A DNA stretch of 64,000 bases from Eledone cirrhosa. Taxonomy: Eukaryota. Position 1 is the stretch's first letter, and every line of letters starts with the position of its first letter. The notes under the pieces are model-generated. The model was not told the DNA's origin. It did not search any database and saw only the letters and a program-made list of their open reading frames with translations. The position numbers were made by a program, and so were the translations under genes. Of this stretch, positions 51,463 to 64,000 are shown one piece after another. The stretch is from positions 8,928,001 to 8,992,000 of the forward strand of contig OZ024747.1 in assembly GCA_964016885.1 (NCBI GenBank), given 5' to 3'.

Positions 51463-52445
51463 ACGCTCCCATCCCACCAGATAATACAAACACCTCTTGC
51501 TGACCATATAAATATTTGACACCAAAGTCTTATTTTCAAAACCATATTGCACTTAAAGCTAGCACCATCGAACTAAAAACTTCTATGTGGTTGCTTGGCC
51601 CGCTAGAAACAGCAGCCACACACATCATTATCATCATCACCGTTTAATGTCTATTTTTCCACGCTTGCATGGATTAGACAGGTCACCCATATTATGAGTT
51701 GGCTGTGGCATACCTTGCTCATAGCGGGATCATGCCCCACCCTTACATATATATAAAATTGTGTTAGGGTGTTGGATTAAAAATGCTTCAGTATCTATTC
51801 CAGCTCACTATGTACTGAGTTCAAATCCTACCAAGGTCAACTTTGCCTTTCACAACCTTTCAGGGTCAATAAATATAATACCAGTCCAATATGATGGGGG
51901 GGGGGGGGGGGGGGGGGGGGGGGTGTCAGTCGATTCTTCCTCTATCTTTCATCCTCACTTCTCTCCCACTCTTTCATTCTCTGGAAGAAATCAGCTGTGT
52001 TCAGACCAGACCAGAAGAGGGATGGGTTCCATCAGGTACACTGGGTACCAAGATGGCACCCACCTCTACAGCGCCATTGAGACCCTTTACTAAAACCAGA
52101 CTTTATGGTTTTAGAAAAGTAAAATGGAATAGTGACATTTGGAACACCTTTGATCATAGAGCTGCTTGATTTGTGCTCAAATGGAGGATGCACACCACCA
52201 CAGCCACCTTACCATATCATCACCCTCCCTCTACAGATCATCCTCACCCCACCCCAGCCACATAATGACCCTCCCTCTACAGATCACTCTAAGCCCCCCC
52301 CCCCCCATCATCATCACCCCGACCCAAACACCCCATCACATCCATTCTCACTCCAACCAACCTCAACTATCCACACCCCCATCACAACGGTCCTCACCCA
52401 ACCCCATCCAACCACCCCCATCGCCATACATACCTCAGAACTCAC

Positions 52446-52511
52446 CTGATACAGATTCTGTAAGATTTGTTCACTGGCTTCTGTCTGACATGTAGAATTG
52501 CCATAAGCAGT
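52446..52511 (-). CDS. FAM53: FAM53-family protein, 66-nt coding exon
   Basis: atcttcag|TAYGNSTCQTEASEQILQNLYQ|gtgagt; phase 0-0, bridges KMTQ to GPKV. Confidence 0.8.
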
Positions 52512-53639
52512 CTGAAGATAGAGATAGATAGATAGATAGATAGAGAGAGATAGATAGATAGAGAGATAGAGATAGAGAGATAGATAGATAGAGAGAGAGA
52601 TAGATAGATAGAGAGAGAGATATTTCTTTATTTGCCACAAGGGCGCACAAGAAAAGGGGACAAGACAAAGATAGATAGATAGATATATAGATAGAGATAG
52701 ATATATATAAAGAGAGAGTGAGGGAGGGAGAGAGAGAGACAGGGAAAGAAAGAGAGACTGTGCAAGTATGTGAGAAAATGAATGATTACACACATATACA
52801 CAAACACACACATATATAGATATATACACACACATACATACATCCATAGACACACAGGTATGTCAGAGAGAGAGGGGGGAAGCAAGATAAACTGGACAGA
52901 TGTGGTGGGTGGGGGTGAGGGAGAGGGGTAGGGGTTTAGATGAGGTCGAGAAAGGTTAATTAGCAAAGAGGATAATACTGAAACATACACACACAATAAA
53001 TAAAAACAAACAAAACAACAAGGATTAACAAGTGCACCGAGTACACCATCCTACACTACCTCCCCCACCTCACACCATCCTACACTACCTCCCCCACTTC
53101 ACACCATCCTACACTACCCCACACCTCACCTACATTAGTACTGGCCACTCAACAATTCACAAAAGCAAATATTACAAATGTGTGTAAGAACACATGTCTG
53201 TATGTGTGTATATTTGCCTGCGAGTGTGTATGTATGTTTGTTTGTAAATATGGATATATATTTACATATGTAGATATATGTATGTATGTATATTTGTATG
53301 TATGTATATTGTAGTATATGTCTATATTTTAGAATTATATTTCATGTCCAATAAAAGCTCTCAGTACATGCTGTAAATGTAGTTGCTGTTAAGAAGGGCA
53401 TCCAGCTGTAGAAAACTTGCCAAACAAGGCGGTTAGGAGGACCCTTCAGTTTGTGTCAAAAGACATGACAACTTCTCCTTTGCATGCAATATAAGCATAC
53501 ATAAGTGGGATTCAGACCCCTTGGCCTGTCTGGGAGGTCAGCAACCCCGTTTCAGTATTGATTTGGTCTACATAGGCCAGTCCAACCCTTGCCGATCCTT
53601 GACGATGTACTATCAGAACATGTACTGATGGAGCTCTCT

Positions 53640-53740
53640 TTCACCTATACTATGAGCACTGGTGTTCTACAAGGTTTAGTTTTGTCTCCTACACTCTTCC
53701 TCCTATACATCAATGGCCTGCTGGCCCTGAACTCTACCAA
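53640..53740 (+). mobile_element. CR1/L2/Jockey-type reverse transcriptase fragment
   Basis: TGVLQGLVLSPTLFLLYINGL matches the RT motif GVPQGSVLSP.LF.LYINDL. Confidence 0.75.
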
Positions 53741-54026
53741 TGTCTCCTCCAACATCCTCTAGAAAACAATATTAAGACTAGTTAAGTCAATCCAAACATT
53801 ATTGAGAGAAAGAGTGTGTGTAGACAGCAAGAGACAGACAGGAGAAGATGTGTGTGGTGAGAGATGGGGACAGAAGTGAAAGTGAGGAATTACATGTGAC
53901 AACAGCGTGGAAGAGATTGTGTGTGTGGAGAAAGAGGAGGAAGAGACAAGAGGCTGTGTATGCTCTGTAATATGCATTACTAAAAACAACAACACTGTCA
54001 AATGAATAAGACTTTAGAAAACTGAC

Positions 54027-55651
54027 CTGTGTCATCTTGTGGAAATCCAAGGTTGGCCTATCATAGTCCCGGCGACGTTTAACCCCAGCTTTACGGTCAT
54101 GCAGGACACAAGGCTGAGAGCGACACCGGGGTATACGTTGGCGACGGGGGGACGAAGGGTTCGACACAGATGTCTTGCAGGCTGCTGGTACACTGGGTGT
54201 CGAACCACCGGCTGACACTGTTTTTTGAAGCTGCTGCTGTTGCTGGGGTAGCACTAGACGTTGGGTGGGTGTTATCTGTGGGGCAGGAGCTGGTGGTGGT
54301 GGCGGTGGAGGTGGCAGGACCTGTTGGTGGCGTGAGTGAAGGTAGTGGGCATGAGACGGATACTGGTGAGGATGTTGATGACGGTGTGAAGGTGAAGAGA
54401 GGATGGATGAGGATGGAGAAAATGATGAAGGAGACGTAGAGTTACTGATGGAGCATTGATCCTCCAGTGACAAGCTCCGGTGTTTCTGAAAAGACCAAAA
54501 TGGCGTTTGTGGTGGTGGCAGGCTGCAACTGGTTGAAGCCAGTTTCACTGGTGATGATGATGGGGATGATGAAGTGGCAGCAGCAGCAGCAGCAACAGGA
54601 ACAGAGAAGGGAGACGATGTATATGCCTTGGGAAGGGGCATAGTGAGGAAGCAACTAGAACCAGTTGCCTGGCCTGTTACTGTGGTGGGATGAGGTCGTG
54701 GTTGTAGGGAAAAGGAAGAGGAGGAAGAACACGATGATGGTGAGGAAAAGCCAGAGTTGCTGTAACCATGTCCAGTCCACATGTCCGATACTGGTTTAAA
54801 GGCCCTATTCTCGACATCATCATCATCACGGTAACCAACAATCGAAACAGAGGCAGGTCGGGGTACTGGAGACTCTGGTGGGGTGTGCAGTAGTGTGACG
54901 GATTTGTTGAGTTGAGTGGGGAATGAGACGGGATCCAAAACTGCAGCAAAAGTCTGTTGTGTTTCAGGAGATGTTGAGGAAAGGTCTGCAGTTGCTGGCC
55001 ATTGGAAAGAACCCGAGAAAACAGCAGGTTGGTTGGTAAGTGATGAAAACAAATTGGACGACGAGATTCCAGAAACTTCCAACACTGATTCACCTTCTGC
55101 TGATGTAAAACTCTGTTGATATTGGCTCCAGCTGTCCTCAGTTACAGGGTTAAAGGCAACAGGTTTCAGCAGTGACCCTGACTTCCGTGGGCTCAGTTCC
55201 AATGCCGCAAAGTAGTTGGTGTTGTTTGTTGGAGCTGATGTGTTGCGTGGTTTATGGCTACCACTCTCTGACGGAATTGATAAAGAACGACAGTGCTTCT
55301 TCTTTGGTGGGTACGGTGGAGTGCCGGGAGATGTGTCCTTGGTGGTGTCATTATCACTGCCCACACCACCAGTAACTAGTGGAATGTCTGTGCCTTTACT
55401 CACAGCACAGTCACTTCCATAGCAATGTGTCTGAATGCAGTCAGATATAAGGGATGAGCTAGCAGAGTGAGAAAGTTTAGGTGCAGACAGACAAGAGTTG
55501 TGTCTTGTACAGGCACCACTTGGAGGCAAAGTTTGGTAAACTTTCTTCTTCTCTAGGGTCTCACCTAGTTTCAGAGAAAGCATACTCTGCAGAGTTGCAT
55601 TAAGGCCAGGGCATTCTGAATGGCACATCTTGATTTTCCGGGGATCTGGTT
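54027..55651 (-). CDS. FAM53: FAM53-family protein, large central exon
   Basis: atttccag|..EPDPRKIKMCHSECPG...PPKKKHCRSLSIP...TPPESPVPRPAS...RCRSQPCVLHDRKAGVKRRRDYDRPTLDFHKMTQ|gtcagt; the HCRSLS, SQPC, KRRR and RP.LDF.KM motifs are FAM53 hallmarks. Confidence 0.93.
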
Positions 55652-55906
55652 CTGGAAATAAATCACCAAAAATTAGTATGACCAACAGTAAACGATTCTG
55701 AACAAGACCAATATTTAAAGGAAAGTAAAAAAACCTTTGTTAAGTTATGTTCTAAACAGCAGCTTAATAATGAGAAAGTTAGTTGTATAACTAAATCCTT
55801 CCAAATTCTTGATTATTTTTTGAAATGATTTGAAAAATATAGGCAGTATCTCTCATTAGAAATATGGTAATGAAAGAGTTAAGGCTAAACAAAGGTATTG
55901 TCTTAC

Positions 55907-55985
55907 CTGTATTTGAAGCAGAGGCTGAAGGTTTTGCTGGTGAACAGTAATTCTTTTCTACATCCACTGATGCCAGCATGGAGGA
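55907..55985 (-). CDS. FAM53: FAM53-family protein, 79-nt coding exon
   Basis: ttctttatttcag|SSMLASVDVEKNYCSPAKPSASASNT-G|gtaaga; phase 0-1 fits both neighbours. Confidence 0.85.
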
Positions 55986-56560
55986 CTGAAATAAAGAAGA
56001 AAATAATACTCAGTATGATAGAGAGGAAGAAGGTAAATAGAAGCAAAATTGTCTGTAATTGAACAAAACATTATTGCTCTTCTTGTCCTAACAATTTATT
56101 TACAGAGGAATTACTGCTTGATTCTAGTATAAAGATTAATAACTCAGTTATTTTATATTTTGTATTCAGAGAAACTGAGAGACGTTTGGTGTTTAAAGCA
56201 ATTGCCTACATTTTCATCTATAGACTGTCGGAAAATTAGTCTCTCTTCTATGAACAAAGATATCATCATCATCATCATCATTGGTTATATGTTAATTTTT
56301 CCATGCTGGCATGGGTTGAATAAGACATTTCTGAGGCAGAGTTCCATGGCTGTATTCCCCTTCTTGATACCAAGCCATACTTATTTGTAAGTAAGACACT
56401 AATCCTTCATGTCAAAATTGCTGAGCTACAGGACATATTGTTTATGCAGATCATAAGGAGAACATCAACAACTGCCCAAGGTATTAATGTGAGGCAAAAA
56501 CTTACAGAGATAAACATGATGTGGATGATGATGATGAAACAAAGTCAAAATATGTCTTAC

Positions 56561-57604
56561 CTCTTGAAGTTCACTCTGAGATCTTTGTTGTAGACTGCCA
56601 CAATCGAGTATCATTTGACGCCGCAGTTTATCAGTGATGTAAGCTACAGTCTGCCTGGTATTACCACTAGAGTCAGGCAAGCCATGGCCACTAACCTCAA
56701 CACTACTACCACTACCACAGCTACTACTATTAATACTACTGGTGCTATTATTAGTAGAAGTACAGCTAGTCAGCATGCCACTGCAACTGGAATCTTCAGT
56801 GAGTGGAGCCGATGAAGCAGATGTGGGGCTTGGCTGGAAGTGGTAGGGCTGTAGATGAAAAGATAAGTTCTTTTTGTGGGCAGGTTTCTGTTGAGACAGC
56901 TGTTGCCTATGATGGAGTTGAGGCTGTAGAGCATGACTGTTGCCACTCTGGTGGTGATTTGGACTAGAGTGCTTACGATGCACTTGTTGTTGTTGTTGTT
57001 GCTGTGAAGAGGAGGAGGAGAAAGTCAACAATGATGAGGATGTTGGTGATACAGAAGTTGCAGTCAGTGAGGGTAATTGTGGTGACACTGAAGAAGGACA
57101 GCTAACATTCAGGCCACAGTGTAATTGATGGGATGCAGGGTTAGATGAGGGCACAGCTGAACCCAAATTGTCAACAACTGAAGAGGATAGTTCAGATGAT
57201 GTCACTGTGTCTAATTGAGCTGGGCACCGGGATGAAGACAACTGACCCTTTTTCTGGACCTCTTGCTGTTCACTATAATGCAAAGGGAACTGGAAAGTGC
57301 CCTGCTCTGAAACATCACCTAGTTGATGTGGTAGTTGAGTTATCAGTGGATTTTGTAGCTGAGACTCATTAAGATCATTCTGTAAACTTCTTTGTACCTG
57401 CTGGTAGGGGAAGTTGAGTGCTTTGGAGGGTGCTGTCCCCCGTCCAATACTCTGAGCATAACCAATCATAGCCACTGCTGTTGAAGGAGTGGCAGCCACT
57501 GAAGTGACTGGGGTTAAACACTCTTGTGGCTCGTAGCCACCTCGTCCAACAGTTCGGCTTGATGGGTACAATGACTGCAACTGACGACCACTAACATCAA
57601 TCAT
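56561..57604 (-). CDS. FAM53: FAM53-family protein, first coding exon (exon probably begins at 57813)
   Basis: First in-frame ATG (MIDVSG) at 57604 after an in-frame TAA at 57683-57685; ends ...TVAYITDKLRRQMILD...SELQE|gtaaga; strong acceptor ttctttctcatttcag at 57814. Confidence 0.8.
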
Positions 57605-57632
57605 TCTGTCCGTTGCTTCCCCCGTTGCTGTG

Positions 57633-57771
57633 TCAGTGGTTGTAGTCGTGGGAGCAACCACAGCCACACTGACTCTTGTTAGTTAGTGCCAATATAAAAT
57701 TAGGCACACAGGCATTCATGGGGTTCTCCTCTAAAACAACAAACAACAGCCATTCAGGAAACCGACTCCAT
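57633..57771 (-). promoter_or_regulatory. Four upstream ORFs in the FAM53 5' leader
   Basis: 57771-57754 MESVS*; 57753-57700 MAVVCCFRGEPHECLCA*; 57719-57633 MNACVPNFILALTNKSQCGCGCSHDYNH*; 57715-57683 MPVCLILYWH*. Confidence 0.55.
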
Positions 57772-59030
57772 AACCTAAACTATATGAACAGCAGATATAG
57801 AGCCAGAGTTGAGCTGAAATGAGAAAGAAAAGAGTTGGAACATTAGCAAAACAAGAAGAAATTCAGACACCTAGTAGTAGTAGTAGTACTTGGTGGTGGT
57901 AGTAGTGGTAGTAGTAGTAGTAGTAGTAGTAGCGGCAACAGTGGTGGTGGTAGTAGTAGCAGCAGCGGTGGTGGTGGTAGTAGTAGTAGAGGCAGCGGTA
58001 GTAGTGGTGGTGGTGGTGGCAGTAGTAGAGTTTTATCCAGTCCCCTGGGAAGGTGAAACATTGACTTCAGTCTTTTCTAATGTCTGCTTTACTGTAATGA
58101 GTCACTATCTCTCTATGGCAAGCTGTCTGGTGATAGTGGGTGGGATTTGAACTTAGAATACACTGAGCTGAAACAGATACCACAAAATATCCTATCCAAC
58201 TCTTTAACAATTCCACCAATCCACTGTTCATGGACTGCTACATTATTTATTGACCCCTGTAGGATTGGAATTTAAAGTTAAAAACAAAAAAACGAACAAA
58301 TACCAAGGTATCTAATCCGTGGCTTTAACGACTCTGCCAATTTGATGCCTCATAAACAGACACTTAATACATATTTTTTAATGAAAGAATTGTATGAGTA
58401 AAACCATCTTGGAATGTTCTACAAAAATAACTAACAGAAAATGTAGAAGTAAAAAAAAAATGTGAAAAGGAAAAAAAATGTCTGATTGACTCTAGATGAC
58501 TATTGATACATATTCTTAATGTTTTAATCCATTCATTTCTAATGAAAAACACTGCTTATCATTTCCAATAAACTTTTAAATCAAGAACTGAGATAGATTT
58601 GGTAATATAACTAACTTTCTCATTATTAATTTGGTGTTTGGAATATGAATTAGGCTCTTATGTGAAATTATGATAGAAGGTTTCTAGATAAATATAACAA
58701 ACATTTAGTATCATACAACCAGGGGTGGTTTCATGTAATTTGGTATTAAAAGGTTTTTACATGAAGATTGATACCTATTTTTTACATTTTAAATCAAGAT
58801 GTCATCCTCAAGATAGAAGAATGCCTGTGGGAAGTTACAATACCCATCTTGAAGGTGTCAGCCTCATATTGCAGCCTCAATAAACATGGTTTAAAATTAC
58901 TTTGAAATTGAAGAACAAATTTACCTATTTTTTTCAGCTCCTGAAATATTAATCCTTTGATACCAGTTCAGCCAAAACTGCCACCGGTTCTATTAAACAA
59001 ATCTACCTAATTTAAAGAGTTCCTATTTAA

Positions 59031-59259
59031 CCCTTTACTATTTACATTACTTGATATTTACTATTGTATTTTCGTGGTAAAAGCTTTACCCCACATAATT
59101 ATCTCACATAACATCGAATCTATGAGATTTTGATATTATTTATTTTGAGAACCATACCTTAACGTCAGTATGAACGGCCGGTTACAGCCGGTTTGAATAG
59201 AAAAAGGTGAGAGAATTCTGGCTGGATACGGCCTGTTTAAAGGGTTAAATGCTAAAGGG
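59031..59259. mobile_element. piggyBac-type MITE nested in a second TTAA-type MITE family
   Basis: TTAA|CCCTTTA...GCTAAAGGG|TTAA, homologous to 8566-8773; the host element starts ttaatcctttgatacc at about 58950 and resembles 25943-26172 and 60528 onward. Confidence 0.75.
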
Positions 59260-59783
59260 TTAAATTAATATCTTCCAACATAATTTTATATAAGAATCAT
59301 ATGTTAAGTTTTTGAAATAATTCATAATTTTAGTAAATAATTGATAATTCATAATTTTAGTAAATCCTTCAAAATTCTTCATCAATTAATTGAAGTAGAA
59401 TGTATTTCATTAGAATTATGGGCAGACATATTGATTGGGGAGACGTTGAGCAAATATGCCCAGCCCAATGGGACAAAGGTTTGACGACACACGAGTCGTG
59501 GTTGAATAGTTCAGCAGTTTAGGCGCTCAGTAATGAAAAGATTAATGAATAAATAAACTAGATTAAATGGAATGGATTTGTCACTATTAACACAGCGTTA
59601 CACAGCCAGGTTGAAGCTAATTACCATAAACAGAACAGGATGGTCACAACAATCATCATCATCACCATGATCTGTATAGTGTAAGGCTATTTATTCTTTG
59701 ATGTAGTCTTTGTTTAGCAATGGTAAATTTAGTTGTGAGAGAAGGGGTGGGGATTGCAATTGAAGAGCTTGTAAATATTTTAT

Positions 59784-59833
<50 letters not shown>

Positions 59834-59981
59834 ATGGTTTTTATAGGTTTGCTTGAAGCCTACAAACCAGATTATCAGGACTTGCTATGACAGAGAAGTG
59901 AAGAGTAAAAATGAGAAAAGAAAACACACACACTCATATATATATATATATATATATATACAAACTATTATATATATACAT

Positions 59982-60012
<31 letters not shown>

Positions 60013-60092
60013 CATACATATATATACACATACATATATATATACACACACATACATATATATACACATACATATATATATATACACACACA

Positions 60093-60139
<47 letters not shown>

Positions 60140-62726
60140 GCACACAGACACATATAAATTAAAGAGAATACAGCATAAAAAGAAAACCGTTCAACAATCA
60201 GCCATTCTGTGCAGCAAGTAGCAGATGCACCTTGAATGCACACAACCAACCTACACATACAGACAACCTTGCAAAAACCAACACTGTATGCATATCAATC
60301 AGCTTCCATGTTTTCTCTGCATGCACCAACATTACTGGTTATGGAGATATTTATTTGCTAGGGGTGTTTTTACTGACCTAGAAGTAACTACCTGTCTTAG
60401 TCTCCAACTCCATAAAAAGTAGCAAGTCAGCAGCCACTACCACCCAATTTCTAACTTGGGTTTTAAAATGAGATGACAGCCTCTGAATGATGAGAGTATC
60501 TGAGTTATAAACCTTATGGTTACTACATTAACCCTTTTCTAGATCAATCTACCCACCGACCCTCCATTCACAACTGAATCTGGTGGTATGAAACAAAACC
60601 ACCCATTTTAAAGAGTAAATTAAAATCTTCCAGCATAATTTTATATAAGAATCTTTTATTAAGTTCAGTTACAAATAACATCTTAATAATTCTTTCTGAC
60701 ATTAGCATAAGGCTAGCAATTTGACGAAAGGGAAACTGGTATTTCATTTTATCAACCCTGGAAGAATGAAAGGCTAAGATGACCTCAGTGGTATTTGAAT
60801 TCAGAATGTAGAAAGTCATATCCAAATACTGAATAGCATTTTGTCCAACGCTCTACCGATTCTGCAAATCCACTGCCATCATAATAACGACATAATTGAT
60901 AATTTTAGTAAATTCCTCCAAATTGTTCATTAATTAATTAAAAGACAGTGTATTTTGTTAGAAATATGGCCATGATGTATGAGGGGCAGCAGAAAAGTTC
61001 ATATGAGATTTATTTTTCAACATAGTCTCTGGAAAGAAACAATGCAGTTATTAATAGGAAGAGTTGAAATTAATGCATGCAAGATTTCACAGCTCTAGCA
61101 TCATTCCTTCATAGTCAGCCTATGAACTTCTCAGCCAAGCCCTATAGTAACTCTATCTACTCAATGTAACAGCCAAATCAGCCTCAATAAAAACCATTAT
61201 TTTTAAAATAGTAATCATATGTGTACATGTGTATTCTGGAGACTTGGACCAGTTAGGGAGGATCATATCAATCTTTTGTTTTGTTTTGAATCATTTTCGT
61301 TTTTACATTTGAAGAGAGGGTTTTGACACTGAAATATTATGTTGAAATATACTGAGTAAAAACATTGCTTTGTTTTGTCTTTACCCTTTATATATTTCTA
61401 CTGCATTGTACTAACTTTTTGAAACTTGCCAGTCATTCATTACATATCTCACAATGATTCATATTAACTATACTACATTATAGTAATCATATGTTTATGT
61501 TGCTAATATTTCAGATACTTTAAAGACAAAGTAGTTACAGATAGAAGGGTCCAGTTCAACTTACCAAGATATTTATCAAATACAGCTGGTGAAGAGTTTA
61601 TTATTGTTAATTAAATGGTTGAATTAGATAAGAATATTTCAGTCTAGTTATCTGCACAAATTACAAACTTTTCCTCAACCATGAATAAACGCGTTTATGT
61701 AGTGGAAACTTCTGGTGTCCTTGGCCCTAGGACCACCTCCCTAGTTACCACCATTGCAACAGAGTTGGCTACCCACCGGTGTGAGCCTCACGGGTTGGAT
61801 TGGCTTTTCTAACGAATCTTGCTCACCATCCTCGAAGGAAATGCCTTCTCTATTCTGTCCACTGGAGTCATGGGGCACCCAGTGCGTGGTCTCTCATTTG
61901 CTTATAATAGTAGGAGATGGGAAGAGCGAGAAAGACGGAGACATAAAAGTTAAAACAGTTTATAACCTTTTGTTTTTTTTTACTGCTGTTTTTTTAACAC
62001 TTTTCAGTCACAAGCTACTGCTGCTGCTGCTACCACCACCACCACTACTACTACTACTACAAATACCACCACCACCACTACTACTACTACAAATACCACC
62101 ACCACCACTACTACTACAAATACCACCACCACCACTACTACTACAACCGCCAACGCCACTACTACTATTACTACCACCACCACTACTGCTACCACCACCA
62201 CCACCACCACCACTACTACTACCACCACCATTACCACCACAACTACTACCACCTTTATGCTTAGGTTGACGTTGCCTTCCGTCTCCATATGAGATTGATA
62301 AAATAATACCTGACAAGGTATTGCAGTCCATTTAGTGAAACCAGTGAAAGAATAACTTAACATAAATGGAGTCTGATTAAGCAGTTAAAAACAAGAAAAC
62401 AGCTCACCTGTAGCACTGATTGATAATGGTTAGACAGCACAACAGGTGAATTTAAAATGTCATTTGTTGTTTGCAAATGATTCATAGATGTGTTTGTTAC
62501 CAGTCCAATAATTCATACCTCAACCCACCTGAAAAGTTTCCATTTTTGAACATATTGCTCATTGCCACCACCAATGGTAACTTTAATTGCAAATTCCACC
62601 ACAAGACAAGGTACAATGTACCAGGGCCTTAAAACATGTGGCTGTGTTTACAAGTCTTGGATACTGCAACAAAGCTGTACACCCATTAGCCCAGAAGCCT
62701 GAAACTAAACTTGCACTCTGCCTTAA

Positions 62727-62934
62727 CCCTTTAGCATTTACTTTACTCTATATTTACTATTATATTTTCACAATAAAGGCTTTACCTCACATAATATCGA
62801 ATCTATGAAATTTTGATATTATATATTTAGAGAACAATACCTTAAAATCAGTATGAGTGGCTGGTTACAGCAGGTTTGAACAGAAAGAGGTGAGAGAATT
62901 CTGGCCGGATACAACTGGTTTAAATGCTAAAGGG
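62727..62934. mobile_element. piggyBac-type MITE
   Basis: TTAA TSD and perfect TIR CCCTTTAGCATTTA / TAAATGCTAAAGGG. Confidence 0.88.
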
Positions 62935-63473
62935 TTAAACAGATGTTCCTTATGTTGTATCAACAAATAATTAAGCAATATATCAGCCAATCATCAGGGG
63001 GACACTGTTAATTAATTACTCAGTTTAGTTTATATTTATTGCCATCGTTAAAGTTAATAGAAATATTCAAAAATATACTGATTACACCACCTGTCTCCAC
63101 ACCACTCTCCAGATGCACCCGTTGATTTGTTATTATGGCTCACACCTGTGTAGGTTTAACTGGTCACTGATAACATTGCCTGTCACAGAGAGGTTTCTTG
63201 GATGCTTTAATGATAGAGGCCTCTGTCTTACCATTTTTCTGGTGAGAGGTGGCAGCATTTCCACTCAGAATGCACAGGTCTTGCCAATGCTTAAACTCAT
63301 GAATATTTAACTATTATAGAGTTTGATTGACCCCATTCACTTACTGAGTGAGGTGGAACTCGTCATATTGAACCAAGGAAACAATGTTTCCATTGGTCTT
63401 TCCAGTGCTGATACTATCTACTGGTCACAACTATTAACCCACTGAAAACTGTCCAAAAGGTTTTGGAGTTTAA

Positions 63474-63662
63474 TAATTGTTTCTACTTTAGGCACAAGGC
63501 CAGCAATTACCCAGTGCATTACCGGTACTTTATTTTATCGACCCCGTAAGGATGAAAGGCAAAGTCAACCTCGGCGGGATTTGAATTCAGATCGTAAAGG
63601 GACGTAACTATGCTGGAAAGCATGGCGTCCGACCCTCTACCGATACTGCCAATCCACTGCCC
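63474..63662 (-). mobile_element. SINE family A, young-looking copy
   Basis: Full head-body-tail copy flanked by the direct repeat ttggagtttaataat. Confidence 0.88.
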
Positions 63663-64000
63663 TATTGGAGTTTAATAATACCAACCTACCAGAAAAGATC
63701 TATTCATATTTATATATATATATATATTAATGACTGGAACTTATATCTATTTCAAAATACTTAAATATATTTCTAGGATAAAATTACATAAAAATAATAA
63801 AGAATTTAATATTTAGACAAATATACAGAAAAAGAAAGCAGCGTTGGAAAGAACTATAAATGCCATAAATGAGAGGAAAAAAACAAGGACTATTAGGCAA
63901 CGGAAGAAAGAAAGGGGGAAGGGAAGAGGGTGACAGACTCTACACCTAGGTCAGCGTGGGGTTTTGGCTGCACCCCATTCCAGCATTTTTCATCATGAAA

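Noticed and set aside
61754-62363. Poly-Pro/Leu, poly-Val and Gly/Ser ORFs (also 57843-58150 and 49040-49297)
   Set aside because: Products of (CAC/TAC/GAT)n trinucleotide repeats with no splice or homology support.
62281-62420. Candidate upstream non-coding FAM53 exons (donors near 62309 and 62406)
   Set aside because: Donor-like hexamers alone are insufficient; no way to choose without transcript data.

Overview
AT-rich, microsatellite- and SINE-laden animal genomic DNA; the repeat families and C2H2 gene style point to a coleoid cephalopod, most likely Octopus (inference). Three spliced minus-strand genes can be reconstructed by eye: a 5-exon centrin (CETN1/2-type, 169 aa), a 5-coding-exon FAM53-family gene (about 1113 aa, with a long N-terminal extension and clustered uORFs), and a short, possibly decaying C2H2 zinc-finger gene. 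A possible first exon of a fourth gene lies near 7.7 kb. The rest is (TA)n arrays, tRNA-derived SINEs, fragments of RTE, R4/Dong-like, CRE-like and CR1/L2-like LINEs, hAT, piggyBac and mariner MITEs, and minisatellites. Two things stand out. (1) At least seven minimal type I hammerhead ribozyme motifs of the Penelope-like element/retrozyme kind, in distinct sequence contexts, mostly beside (TA)n tracts and often in tandem or inverted duplications. (2) A ~41-copy 47-bp minisatellite with higher-order structure directly behind the centrin stop codon, whose core repeats the gene's own last codons (K-T-S-L-Y-stop). Most supplied ORFs are microsatellite artefacts. All calls are by eye with no database search, and repeat boundaries are approximate.
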